64,000 nucleotides of DNA from an uncultured delta proteobacterium. Its GTDB lineage: Bacteria > Myxococcota_A > Polyangia > Haliangiales > Haliangiaceae. The notes under the pieces were generated by a model, which ran no database searches, was not told the origin of the DNA, and saw only the letters and a list, made by a program, of their open reading frames with translations. The DNA is taken from positions 1,952,001-2,016,000 of the forward strand of contig CAWKDB010000010.1 in NCBI GenBank assembly GCA_963848295.1, read 5' to 3'. This document shows, one piece after another, positions 41,919 to 51,487 of this stretch. Each line of letters starts with the position of its first letter. Position 1 is the first letter of the stretch. The position numbers were made by a program, and so were the translations under genes.

Positions 41919-42455
41919 TCACCGGGCGTCATCAACGGGGTTAGGTTCGAGCTCGAACCGGAGCGTGACGGTATGAAGCTGCCGATCTAGCTTGGTGAGC
42001 GGCATGACGGTCCCGACGAAGCTCGCCTGGAGCCTGTCGCGGTCCTGGACGAGCCTCGTCCGGCTGAACACGTCACCGGCGCGGGTCTTGACCAGATCCT
42101 CGACGGCCGTCGGGAATCCGCGAAACTCCACCGCGCCGATCGAGAACTTCGCACCCTCGTCGATCCGGATCGTGACCGCGCCGGAGCGTTTGCAGTCGGG
42201 GGTCAGGAACCCGATCACGCACGTGCCGTCGGTCTCCTGCACCTTGACGTCGACGTAACCGAGGTCCCAGTAGAGCTGGCTCGTCTTCAACGATACGCGC
42301 TCGAGCTCTTGATCGGTGAGCTTGCGATCGGCCGGCACGAGCGCTCCGAGCGCGGCATCCGTCACCTCGCGATTGCCGACGAAGTGAAGTCGCGACGGAG
42401 CCGCACTGGCGACGCTCGAGATGACCAGGACGGACAGGAAGAACATGGTGCGCAT
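41919..42455 (-). CDS. Exported POTRA-domain protein
   Basis: Signal peptide; HFVGN, LYWDLGYVDV, IDEG..IGAVEF and GDVFSRTRLVQD. Confidence 0.7.
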   Translation of the reverse strand: MRTMFFLSVLVISSVASAAPSRLHFVGNREVTDAALGALVPADRKLTDQELERVSLKTSQLYWDLGYVDVKVQETDGTCVIGFLTPDCKRSGAVTIRIDEGAKFSIGAVEFRGFPTAVEDLVKTRAGDVFSRTRLVQDRDRLQASFVGTVMPLTKLDRQLHTVTLRFELEPNPVDDAR

Positions 42456-42511
42456 GCGGCTCTGACCGCGAGGCCTACGCGCCGGTTGCTCGCCGCTACT
42501 CGCAAACCACG

Positions 42512-43270
42512 TCAATGCTCGACGAATAACGCGTACTGATTCAGCGTGCGCGTGCCGCTGATCTTGTGGACGCTGATGTAGAACGTGCCGGCGTCGGGAC
42601 TGCCCGGTGCCATCACGCACGCGCTGGCGCCGCCGCCACCCGTCGCGGTCGCGCAGGTCTGCGGGTCGGTGCTGCCGTTCGCCGAGATGCACACCTGGTA
42701 GTTGTCGTCGGCCGGGTAGTTCGCGATGTTGAGGCAGGTCGCCATCCCGCCTGACGTGCCGGCGCCTACGGCGGTGATCACGAACCAGTCGTCGCGGCCG
42801 AGGGTGCGCATCGTCGGCGCGCTGTCGTGCATGCGATCGTCGGAGTAGATCTGGCTGACGATCGTGCACGGATTATTCGCGTTGTCACACGTGCCGGTGC
42901 CGCCGGTCACGTTCGGGAGCATCACGGGGACTGCGGTCGCGGCGCTATCTTGCACCGGCGCGTCGAGCGCCTCGCAGCCATCGGCCGCGCTGCCGTTCAT
43001 GTCGTAGTACTCGCCGACGCACGTCAACACGCACGTCCCGCTCGCCGTGCCGTCGGAGCACGTCTCTTGCTCTCTCGTCGGATCCGCTTGCGGGCAGCTC
43101 GTGCTGCAGGTGCCGCAGTGATCGGTCGAGCCGAGCGTGCACTCGGCGATCGGCGAATCGGTGCTCCCGTCGGCGTGCGCCGGCGGCTCGCCGCCTTTCG
43201 CGCAAGCCGCGACGACCAAGAGGAGCCACCACCGCACGCGCGCGAGCGTAGCAGCGGCAGCGCGGCGCAT
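42512..43270 (-). CDS. Cys-rich lipoprotein
   Basis: LLLVVAAC lipobox; HCGTCSTSC and DGCE. Confidence 0.75.
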   Translation of the reverse strand: MRRAAAATLARVRWWLLLVVAACAKGGEPPAHADGSTDSPIAECTLGSTDHCGTCSTSCPQADPTREQETCSDGTASGTCVLTCVGEYYDMNGSAADGCEALDAPVQDSAATAVPVMLPNVTGGTGTCDNANNPCTIVSQIYSDDRMHDSAPTMRTLGRDDWFVITAVGAGTSGGMATCLNIANYPADDNYQVCISANGSTDPQTCATATGGGGASACVMAPGSPDAGTFYISVHKISGTRTLNQYALFVEH

Positions 43271-43340
43271 TACTACACGACGGTTACCGAGTCGCGGTCC
43301 GCACTTGCCGATCGCGGGCAAAGCGCTACACCGCGCATTG

Positions 43341-44066
43341 ATGATCGACCTCTATTATTGGCCGACCCCGAACGGGCAGAAGATCGCGATCATGCTGGAG
43401 GAGACCGGCCTCCCTCATCGGGTCATCCCGGTCAACATCGGACGCGGCGACCAGTTCGACCCCGCGTTTCTCGCGATCAGTCCCAATAACCGAATGCCCG
43501 CGATCGTCGATCACGAGCCGGTCGGCGGTGGCGCTCCGATCTCGATCTTCGAGTCGGGTGCGATCCTCATGTACCTCGCCGAGAAGTCCGGCAAGCTGTG
43601 GCCTGCCGAGCCGCGCCGCAAGTACGAAGTCGCCCAGTGGGTGATGTGGCAGCTTGCGAACCAGGGCCCGAAGCTCGGCGAGAACGGCCACTTCAAGCGC
43701 GCGGCCCAGAACGCGAGCAACGGCGACCTGACGTATGCCCTGCGCCGGTTCGACGACGAGACCAATCGGCTGTTCGGCGTGATGAACATCCGCCTCCACG
43801 ACCAGCGATACCTCGGCGGCGACGACTACAGCATCGCCGACATCATCTGCTACCCGTGGACCGCGACCTGGAAGTATCAAGGCCAGGACATCGAAGAGTT
43901 CCCGCACGTCAAGCGCTGGCTCGACGAGCTCGCCGCACGCCCCGCGGTCGAGCGCGGGATGGCCGTCGGCAAGGAGCTGCGCGAGGATCCCGCGACCATC
44001 TCGGCGGAGGAGCAAGCGCGCCGCGCGAAGGTGCTCGCCAACCAGCGCGCTCGCCGGCCCAGCTGA
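43341..44066 (+). CDS. Glutathione S-transferase family, YfcG/YghU-like (Nu class)
   Basis: WPTPNGQKI, SPNNRMPAI, FESGAIL and YSIADI. Confidence 0.92.
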   Translation: MIDLYYWPTPNGQKIAIMLEETGLPHRVIPVNIGRGDQFDPAFLAISPNNRMPAIVDHEPVGGGAPISIFESGAILMYLAEKSGKLWPAEPRRKYEVAQWVMWQLANQGPKLGENGHFKRAAQNASNGDLTYALRRFDDETNRLFGVMNIRLHDQRYLGGDDYSIADIICYPWTATWKYQGQDIEEFPHVKRWLDELAARPAVERGMAVGKELREDPATISAEEQARRAKVLANQRARRPS

Positions 44067-45086
44067 TCACTTCTTCGTGAACTTGAGCGTCATCCGATCG
44101 CTCTCGCCGATCGCGGTGTACTTCGCCTTGTCTTTCTCGCCCTCGCGATAGCCCGGCGGCAAGGTCCACACGCCCTGCGGGTAGTCCTTGGTGTCCTTCG
44201 GGTTCGCGTTGACCTCGGACTTGCCGGCGAGCGTGAAGCCGGCCGCGGTGACGCGATCGATCACCCATTGCTCGGCGAGGTAACCGGTCTTCGCGGTGTC
44301 CTCGCCCTTGGTGCCCGCGACCCCGCGATGCGCGACGACCCCGAACGTACCGCCGGGCTTCAGCACGGCGTGGATCGCCGCGAGGTACTTGTCGAGCTCG
44401 GCGTCGCGCTGCCAATCGTGCATCTCGCGGATCGCGAGGACCAGATCGACGCTGCCTGCCGGCCCGAACACGAGCGGGTCGCCACTCGTGATCCGGACGC
44501 GCTCGACCTTGCCGAACAGCTCGGGCGACTTCGCGAGGAACAGATCGAGGCGACGTCCGCTCACCGTCGACATCTTCCCGGCGGGCGCCGCGGCGTCCGG
44601 TCCGGCGACGATCAGCTTGCCGTGATTCGCGAGCAACGGCGCGAGCAACTCGGTGTACCAGCCGCTCCCCGGACCGATCTCGAGCACGGTCTGCGTCGGT
44701 TTCAAGCCGAAGAACTCGAGCGTCTCGATCGGATGGCGCGCCGCATCGCGGTCCTTGTTGCCGGGTACGCGGTACGGGCTCGCGAGGATCGCGGCGAGCG
44801 CGGCCTTCGTATCCTTGGCCTTTTGATCTCGTACCGCGACCGCGGCCTTGATGAGCTCGGGCGTCCACCGCTTGGCTTCCTTGGCGGCGTCGGCCTCGGC
44901 GTCCGCCATCCCCTTGGCGACCTTGTCCGCGTCCGTCATGCCGGCGTCGACCGTCATGCCGGCGTCGACCGTCACGGCGGTCTTCGCCACGATCGGCGCG
45001 ATGTTCTCGGACTTCGCAGCGGCCTCGTGCTTCTTGCACGCACCGACCGCACACAACGCGACGAGCAACCAAGGCGATAACTTCAT
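44067..45086 (-). CDS. Class I SAM-dependent methyltransferase-like lipoprotein
   Basis: Lipobox VGAC; RHPIETL, VLEIGPGSGWYT, LKPGG and GESDRMTLKF. Confidence 0.85.
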   Translation of the reverse strand: MKLSPWLLVALCAVGACKKHEAAAKSENIAPIVAKTAVTVDAGMTVDAGMTDADKVAKGMADAEADAAKEAKRWTPELIKAAVAVRDQKAKDTKAALAAILASPYRVPGNKDRDAARHPIETLEFFGLKPTQTVLEIGPGSGWYTELLAPLLANHGKLIVAGPDAAAPAGKMSTVSGRRLDLFLAKSPELFGKVERVRITSGDPLVFGPAGSVDLVLAIREMHDWQRDAELDKYLAAIHAVLKPGGTFGVVAHRGVAGTKGEDTAKTGYLAEQWVIDRVTAAGFTLAGKSEVNANPKDTKDYPQGVWTLPPGYREGEKDKAKYTAIGESDRMTLKFTKK

Positions 45087-45115
45087 ACGCGGCACTGTAC
45101 GCCTTTCGTCACGCG

Positions 45116-45874
45116 CTAGTTCTGCAGCGTCGCATTGAACAGCGCGACCATCGTCTCCCAGTGATGCTCCGCAGCCGCGGCGTCGTAGACCGGCGTGTCG
45201 CGAAACACCCAACCGTGCTTCGCGTTGAACGTCTCGATCTCGTGATCGACGCCCGCGCTGGTCAGCGCCTGGCCGAGCCGCTGCTTCATGTCGTCGGGAA
45301 ACGATTGATCCTCGATCGCACCGCCGATGAAGACGCGCGCCTTGATCTTCGGCGCGAGCAGGTGCGGACTGTCGGGCGCTTCGGTAGCGAGTCGGCCGCC
45401 GTGATACGAGGCCGTCGCCGCGATGCGGTCCGGGTACGTGCCGGCCGCGGTGAGCGACATCAGGCCGCCCATGCAGTAGCCGGTGGTACCGATGCCGCCG
45501 GGCTTCGCCTTGGGTGCCGTAGAGATGTACTCGAGGAACGAGCGCGTGTCGGCCATGATGTTCGAGGCGGTCGCGTGCGCGAAGAACTTCTCCATGAGGA
45601 CCTTGCGCTGCTCGGGATCGCTGAACACGGTGTGCGGATTCATCGGCTCGTAGGGCCCCGATCGATAGAACAGATCCGGCAGCACGACGAAGTAGCCGTA
45701 GGTCGCGAGCCGCTCGCCGACCTCGAGCATGGCGGGGCGGATGCCGAGGCCGTCCATGAAGACGAGCACGGTCGGCCACGGACCCTTGCCGTCCGGGTGA
45801 TAGACGTAGCTCGGGCACGAGCCGTCGCGGGTGGTGATCGTCTCCTTGCGATAACGAACGGCGGCGGTGGGCAT
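45116..45874 (-). CDS. Dienelactone hydrolase family protein
   Basis: GYCMGG nucleophile elbow, LPDLFYR and HGW. Confidence 0.9.
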   Translation of the reverse strand: MPTAAVRYRKETITTRDGSCPSYVYHPDGKGPWPTVLVFMDGLGIRPAMLEVGERLATYGYFVVLPDLFYRSGPYEPMNPHTVFSDPEQRKVLMEKFFAHATASNIMADTRSFLEYISTAPKAKPGGIGTTGYCMGGLMSLTAAGTYPDRIAATASYHGGRLATEAPDSPHLLAPKIKARVFIGGAIEDQSFPDDMKQRLGQALTSAGVDHEIETFNAKHGWVFRDTPVYDAAAAEHHWETMVALFNATLQN

Positions 45875-46188
45875 ACGGTCAGACTCCTTGCGTGATTGAA
45901 GAAAGCGACAGGCGTTGCATTACGGCATCGTGTAACGCCGTCTCCGGAGCTCGGTGACGAGCGCTTCGCTCACCGCCGGATCGAGTTGTTGATCGCGTAG
46001 GCGATCGCGCGCTGGCGCTGGGTCGCGACCAACGGCGCCTTGCCACGGAGCAGCGCCACGAGGTCGCTGCCGCCGGCGGGACGCCCTCTCCCGCGTCGCT
46101 TCGCGCGCACCATGCGGCCACTATGGTTCGTTCGCGTCGCGCTGCGGGACAACGGGCGGTCCACGCTCGAGCCGTGTCGGGCGCAGCG

Positions 46189-46926
46189 TCAGTGCACGAG
46201 GAACCAGCGCACGCCCGCCGTCACCTCGAGATGAAAGTGGTTGCGGTGCGGACGGTTGTAGTCGGGCGTGAGCACGACGTTGAACAAGTGATCGTCGACC
46301 GCCTCGCACAGGATCGCGCGGAGCTCGGTCGCCTTCGCGGTCACCGGATGTGGCGCCGCGCCCTTGCCGCACGTGGCCGCGCCGATCGCGCCGTGAAAGT
46401 CGTCGAGCACGCTGAGCGCGCTGCCGTCGGACTTCACGAACCTCGCGGCGTCGAGTGCGAGCCCGCCGTTGTGCTGACCGCCGATCTTGTCCGCGGCCCA
46501 CGACTTCGGCGGCACCCGGTACATCGAATAGTGGACGACCTCGACGATGTCGTGGCGCGCGAGGATCTCGGCGAAGTCATCGAGCGCGAGCACGAGCCGG
46601 CAGTCGCCGATCTCCCACGGAGAAGTCGCACGCGCGGCCTCGCGGAGATCCGTGTGAAACGTCACGCCATGCAACGGACCTTGTAGACGCACGGGCGCCG
46701 CGACGCCGCGAGCGGTCTCCGTGCGAAACGCGATCTTGCGCCGGGTCAGCTCGGCGGTGCAGTCGTCGGGGGATAGCGCACCGTATCGCACCGCGGGTGA
46801 GGCGTCGGCATCGCGGGGCGTCGTGAACCGCGAGGTCGCGTGTCTCGACGGCGCCTTGTGGGCGTGAGGTGCGGCTGCCGCGAGCGTCGCGCTGGCGGTC
46901 AACACGACGAGGGCAAGCCGCACCAC
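46189..46926 (-). CDS. Extensin-like C-terminal domain protein (peptidase M15-related fold)
   Basis: Signal peptide; QHNGGLALD and VLTPDYNRPHRNHFHLE. Confidence 0.8.
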   Translation of the reverse strand: MVRLALVVLTASATLAAAAPHAHKAPSRHATSRFTTPRDADASPAVRYGALSPDDCTAELTRRKIAFRTETARGVAAPVRLQGPLHGVTFHTDLREAARATSPWEIGDCRLVLALDDFAEILARHDIVEVVHYSMYRVPPKSWAADKIGGQHNGGLALDAARFVKSDGSALSVLDDFHGAIGAATCGKGAAPHPVTAKATELRAILCEAVDDHLFNVVLTPDYNRPHRNHFHLEVTAGVRWFLVH

Positions 46927-47021
46927 AACATTCTACGCGATCGAAGTTTGCCCGGCCGCATTTCCGACGGAGCGCCCGACCCCACGGTGTATCCTTGCCG
47001 CAACGACCTCCTGGGGGAGCG

Positions 47022-49625
47022 ATGCGTAGACACGTCCTTTCGCTCGTCGCGCTGCTCGCAGGTTGCGGCGACAACATCCATCCTGGCGTATTCGTCGACA
47101 CCGCGGTGCCGAACACGACGCTCGCCGCCGGCGACCCGGTCGGAGCTCGGTGCTCGCTCGTCGACGCGACCGGCGAGCCCGCGCTCGACCCGCACGGCAA
47201 TCCGCTGACCGACTCGACCGATTTCTCGATCAGCTACGAGGCGCCGGAGTCGTTCGCGACCGCCGACGACGGCCAGATCATCGCCGCGAAAGAAGGCACC
47301 GCGACGGTGCGCTGCTCGGCGGCGAGCCTCGCCTTGATCGACGAGACCCCGGTGGAGCTCACGATCGTCGCCGGCCCCGCGGTCCGCGCGATCACGCAAC
47401 TCGACCAACCGACGACGCTCGCCGGCGTTGCCGACGGCGTGCAGTGCCTCGTGTTCGACGCGTTCGACAACCCGGTGCAGGTCGTCGCGCAGTCGATCGC
47501 GCTGTCTCCAACCGGCGCCGGCACGTCGACGACCGCCGACAGCGTGACCGCCACGCTGACCGGCGACTATACGGTGTCGTGCGTGATCGGCGGCGCGACC
47601 GAGGTCGTGCCGGCGGATCTCGTCGTGCTCCCCGCGCTGCCGGCGTCGCTCGTCGGCGCGCTCGATCCGGAACGCACGCTGTACGCGATCCTCGATCAGG
47701 TCACGCTGATCGCCGACGCGTTCGATCAATTCGGCAACCGCGTCGACGACGTCGGCCTGTCGTATGCGGCGTCGCCGACCGTGCCTTCGCCGGCCACCGC
47801 GCGCTTCCAGTTCAACGCCGACGGCACGTTCTTGTTGTCCGCGATGGTGACCTCGGCCACCGAGAACGGCACGCCGCTGAGCGCCACGCTGCCCGCGCTC
47901 GTCGATTCGACCGGGCCCGCGATCGAATGCCGGCGGATCGATTCGCCCACGGTTGCGGCCGACGCATACATGGTGCAGCAAGCGCCCGCGACCGTCGTGT
48001 TCCCGGTCCATATCGGCGCCGCGTTCAGCGTGCAGTCGGTGACGATCGGCGGCAACGCGGCGAGCCTCGATGCCGGCTCCGGCAACTACACCGCGAGCGT
48101 GCCGATCGGGTTCGGGATGAACTTCGTCGACGTCGTCGCGACCGATACCAACGGCATCCAGAACAGCACCACGTGCTTCGTGCTCGCCGCGTCGACCTAC
48201 AACCCCGAACCGAACGTGATGGCCGGCGCGATCGGTTTGCGCCTCGATCAGTACGCGATCGGCGATCCGTCGCCGTCCGGTCTCGATAGCCTGAACGACA
48301 TCTTCTACACGGTGCTGAGCAGCGGCGCGCTGCGGTCGCTCGTCGACGCCGCGCTCACCGCCGACAACCCGATCAGCAACGGCAGCTGCGGGGTCTTCGC
48401 GTGCGATCCCAAGGTCACGTACAACGGCGGCACGATCGCGTGGGACACGCCGACCACGACGTTGACGCTGATCACCGGCGGCTTGCAAGCCAAGGTCACG
48501 CTACCGAACGTGCGGCTCAACGTCAGCGCGTGCGGCACGACCTGTTGCATCGGCGGGTCGAACATCGAGGTCACCGCGAGCAGCATCAGCGCGACCGTCA
48601 ACTTCAGCCTGCAACTGCAAGGCGGCTTGCTGCGCTCCGCGGTGTCGGGGGCGCCGGTCGTCACGGTCGGTACGGTCACGCTCAACGGCTCGGGCTTCTG
48701 CGGGTTCGTCCTCAACCTCATCCAGAGCTTCTTCACCGGCACGGTCAAGACCGCGGTGCAGAACGCGCTGACGAGCTTCATCAACACCTCGGTGGGCCCG
48801 ATCCTCGACGGCGTGACTTCGAGCCTCGACGTCTCGACGCTCGGCCAATCGTTCTCGGTGCCCCGCCTCGATAACACGGGCACGATCATGCTCGGCTTCG
48901 GCCTTCAGTTGTCGTCACTCGACATCTCGACGACCCGCGTCCTGATCGGCCTCGGCACGAAGTTCACGCCGGGTACGGTCGCGCAGACCCGGCCGAGCCT
49001 CGGTATCGCGATGCGAACCGCGAGCGCGCTGCTCGATCCGCCGGGCACGAGCCCTTCGAACCCGGTCGCGATCTCCGCCTATGAAGGCATCCTCAACGAG
49101 GCGCTGCACGCGCTGTGGCGCGGCGGGTTCTTCCAGGCGACGTTGGACCTCGCCGGTGGCACCGCCGTGATCGACGGCCGGTTGCCTCCTGTCGTCGCGT
49201 TCGGCACCGGCAACACCGCGACGCTCATGCTCGGCGGCATCAACGCGACGCTCACGATCCCCGGCGTGATCGATACGCCGATCCAGATCGTGTTCGGCGG
49301 CAACGCGAGCGCGACGGTGAGCCTCGTCGGCAACTCGCTCGTGTTCGGCAACCTGGACCTCGATCAGCTGTTCGTGTCGTTCCAGGCGACCCTGTCGCAA
49401 CAACAGCGCACCGCGATGGAGACGTTCTTGACCTCGGCGCTCCAGTCGGTGCTCGGCACCGCGATCAACAACGCGATCCCGGCGCTGCCGATCCCGTCGT
49501 TCACGCTGCCCGCGAGCGTCGCGACCTACGGACTACCGGCAGGGGCCCAGCTCGGCATCGTCAACCCGTCGCTGTCGACATCGGGCTCGAGCGCGGTGCT
49601 CGTCGGCCAGTTTGGAGTCCACTGA
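47022..49625 (+). CDS. Large lipoprotein, Ig-like N-terminal domains and putative BPI/TULIP-like C-terminus
   Basis: Lipobox LLAGC, GGAG RBS, beta-rich sequence, ILNEALHALWRGG. Confidence 0.75.
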   Translation: MRRHVLSLVALLAGCGDNIHPGVFVDTAVPNTTLAAGDPVGARCSLVDATGEPALDPHGNPLTDSTDFSISYEAPESFATADDGQIIAAKEGTATVRCSAASLALIDETPVELTIVAGPAVRAITQLDQPTTLAGVADGVQCLVFDAFDNPVQVVAQSIALSPTGAGTSTTADSVTATLTGDYTVSCVIGGATEVVPADLVVLPALPASLVGALDPERTLYAILDQVTLIADAFDQFGNRVDDVGLSYAASPTVPSPATARFQFNADGTFLLSAMVTSATENGTPLSATLPALVDSTGPAIECRRIDSPTVAADAYMVQQAPATVVFPVHIGAAFSVQSVTIGGNAASLDAGSGNYTASVPIGFGMNFVDVVATDTNGIQNSTTCFVLAASTYNPEPNVMAGAIGLRLDQYAIGDPSPSGLDSLNDIFYTVLSSGALRSLVDAALTADNPISNGSCGVFACDPKVTYNGGTIAWDTPTTTLTLITGGLQAKVTLPNVRLNVSACGTTCCIGGSNIEVTASSISATVNFSLQLQGGLLRSAVSGAPVVTVGTVTLNGSGFCGFVLNLIQSFFTGTVKTAVQNALTSFINTSVGPILDGVTSSLDVSTLGQSFSVPRLDNTGTIMLGFGLQLSSLDISTTRVLIGLGTKFTPGTVAQTRPSLGIAMRTASALLDPPGTSPSNPVAISAYEGILNEALHALWRGGFFQATLDLAGGTAVIDGRLPPVVAFGTGNTATLMLGGINATLTIPGVIDTPIQIVFGGNASATVSLVGNSLVFGNLDLDQLFVSFQATLSQQQRTAMETFLTSALQSVLGTAINNAIPALPIPSFTLPASVATYGLPAGAQLGIVNPSLSTSGSSAVLVGQFGVH

Positions 49626-51472
49626 TGCGCGCCGCGATGCTCGCGATCGTCTGCGCGTGCGGCTCGTCGACCGCGCTCCCCACCGCGGGCGACCTCACCG
49701 TCACGATCACGTCGCCCTCGCCGGGGGCCGAGCTGCTCGCCAGCGATCAGCCGATGATCCATGTCACCGGCACGGTCACCACGACCGACCCCGCGTACGG
49801 CGTGTTGCTCGCGTGGGTCGACGGTGCCGCGGTCGACCTAGCCAGCGACGGGTCGTTCGCGACCGACATCGCGCCTGCGGTCGGCATCAACCACATCGAG
49901 GTCGACGGCGACGACGGTTTCGGCACGACGGTGAGCCAGCAACTCGATGTGATGTGGGCGCCCGATTATCTGCCGCCGACCGCCGGCACGACCGGGTTCG
50001 TGTTGTCCGACGCGCTCGACTTGTACCTCGGGCAGGATTTCTTCGACGGTCGCCAGCTCGGCACCACGCTCGACCTCGCGACCGATCCGGTGATCGCGCA
50101 CGACCTCGCGTCGTCGCTCGAGCTGATCTTGTGGAACATCGATCTCGCGAGCTTGCTCCAAGGCGGCATCCACGTCGGCAGCGGCGGCTCGGCGCTCGAC
50201 ATCGACATCGCCTCCGCGACGCCTTCGCAGATCATCGTCGACGCGCTCGTCGCCGACACACCCGATGCCGAGATCGATCTCTCGATCGACCTCGACGGCG
50301 TGTTCCTCGGCACGACCGGCAGCTTCACCTACAGCGGCAACACCCTCGTCATCGGCGGCGGCTTGTCGGCCGACATGCACGCGTCGGCGCGCCTCCTGCT
50401 CGGCATGAACCCCGACGGCACGATCGCCGTGACCGTCGCCGACGTCACCGCGACCGTCGGTCCGCTGGTCCCGAGCTTCACCGGCCCCGACGGCAACACG
50501 CTCGACGGCTTCATCGCGATCGGCAACAACGACTTCCAGACGCTGGTCGAAGGCATCATCCAGCAGCAACTGATCCCGACGTTCACGAATCAACTGCCGC
50601 CGCTGCTCGAATCGCTGCTCGGCGCGACGAGCGATCTGCTCGACAACGTCAGCTTCACGCTCGACGCCTCGCTCGGCACGCCGGTCACCGCGACGCTCGA
50701 CGGTCAGGTCAGCTCGCTCGAGGTCGTCGCCGGGCCGGCGGTCGGCGAAGCGCCCGGGCACGTCACGATCCATCAGAGTGTTGCTATCTCGACGACCGGC
50801 ACACCGATCCATCCGGACTCGCGCGGTGCGGCTCGCGTCGCGGCGGCCCCGGTGCTGCCCGCGACCACCGGATCGCTCGACGTGCTGTTGTCGCAAGACT
50901 TCTTGAACGCGCTGCTTCACTCGCTATGGAACTCGGGTCTGCTCGAGGGCTCCGCGACGCTCGGCGGGATCTCGGCCAACGTCAGCGCGAAGCTGCAGCC
51001 GTTCGTCGCGCCGATCCCCGATGCGGTCGCGTGCGATATCGATGGCGTGCGCTGCGACGTGATCCTCGAGCTCGGCCAGCTCGAGGTGGCGCTGCCCGAC
51101 TTCTCGCAGACGTTCGTGATCAACGCGACCGCGGGTGCGCGCGTCGTCGTCGACGGCACCACGATCTCGATCGTGATCGAAGCGACGCCGACGCTCGTCG
51201 TGTGGGAGACGTCGGCGACGCCGGGCCTGCTCACGCCCGCGGCGGTCAGCGACATCGTGACGACCGCGGTGTGGCCCGAGCTGTTCGGTGCGATCGGCGA
51301 CAAGCTCCACCTCACGCTGCCGGTCCCCGATCTCGCCGCGCTCGGGCTCGACGCGCTGTCGCCGAAGCTCGCGAACGCGCAGCTCGAGCTCGACGTCCGC
51401 CAGAGCGCCTCGGTCACCGCCGGCTACATCGGGCTCGGCGCCGACCTCGAGCTCCAGACACCACACCCGTAG
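49625..51472 (+). CDS. Lipoprotein, Ig-like domain and putative BPI/TULIP-like region
   Basis: Lipobox CACG, VTITSP, LSQDFLNALLHSLWNSGLL; TGATG-coupled to the upstream gene. Confidence 0.75.
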   Translation: MRAAMLAIVCACGSSTALPTAGDLTVTITSPSPGAELLASDQPMIHVTGTVTTTDPAYGVLLAWVDGAAVDLASDGSFATDIAPAVGINHIEVDGDDGFGTTVSQQLDVMWAPDYLPPTAGTTGFVLSDALDLYLGQDFFDGRQLGTTLDLATDPVIAHDLASSLELILWNIDLASLLQGGIHVGSGGSALDIDIASATPSQIIVDALVADTPDAEIDLSIDLDGVFLGTTGSFTYSGNTLVIGGGLSADMHASARLLLGMNPDGTIAVTVADVTATVGPLVPSFTGPDGNTLDGFIAIGNNDFQTLVEGIIQQQLIPTFTNQLPPLLESLLGATSDLLDNVSFTLDASLGTPVTATLDGQVSSLEVVAGPAVGEAPGHVTIHQSVAISTTGTPIHPDSRGAARVAAAPVLPATTGSLDVLLSQDFLNALLHSLWNSGLLEGSATLGGISANVSAKLQPFVAPIPDAVACDIDGVRCDVILELGQLEVALPDFSQTFVINATAGARVVVDGTTISIVIEATPTLVVWETSATPGLLTPAAVSDIVTTAVWPELFGAIGDKLHLTLPVPDLAALGLDALSPKLANAQLELDVRQSASVTAGYIGLGADLELQTPHP

Positions 51473-51487
51473 CGGGGCTACCATTGC

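Noticed and set aside
41919..42455. POTRA protein as a two-partner secretion transporter for the toxin
   Set aside because: It has no beta-barrel, and the toxin has no signal peptide or TPS domain.
44933..44974. 18-bp tandem repeat (TVDAGM twice)
   Set aside because: Short linker duplication in a lipoprotein; unremarkable.
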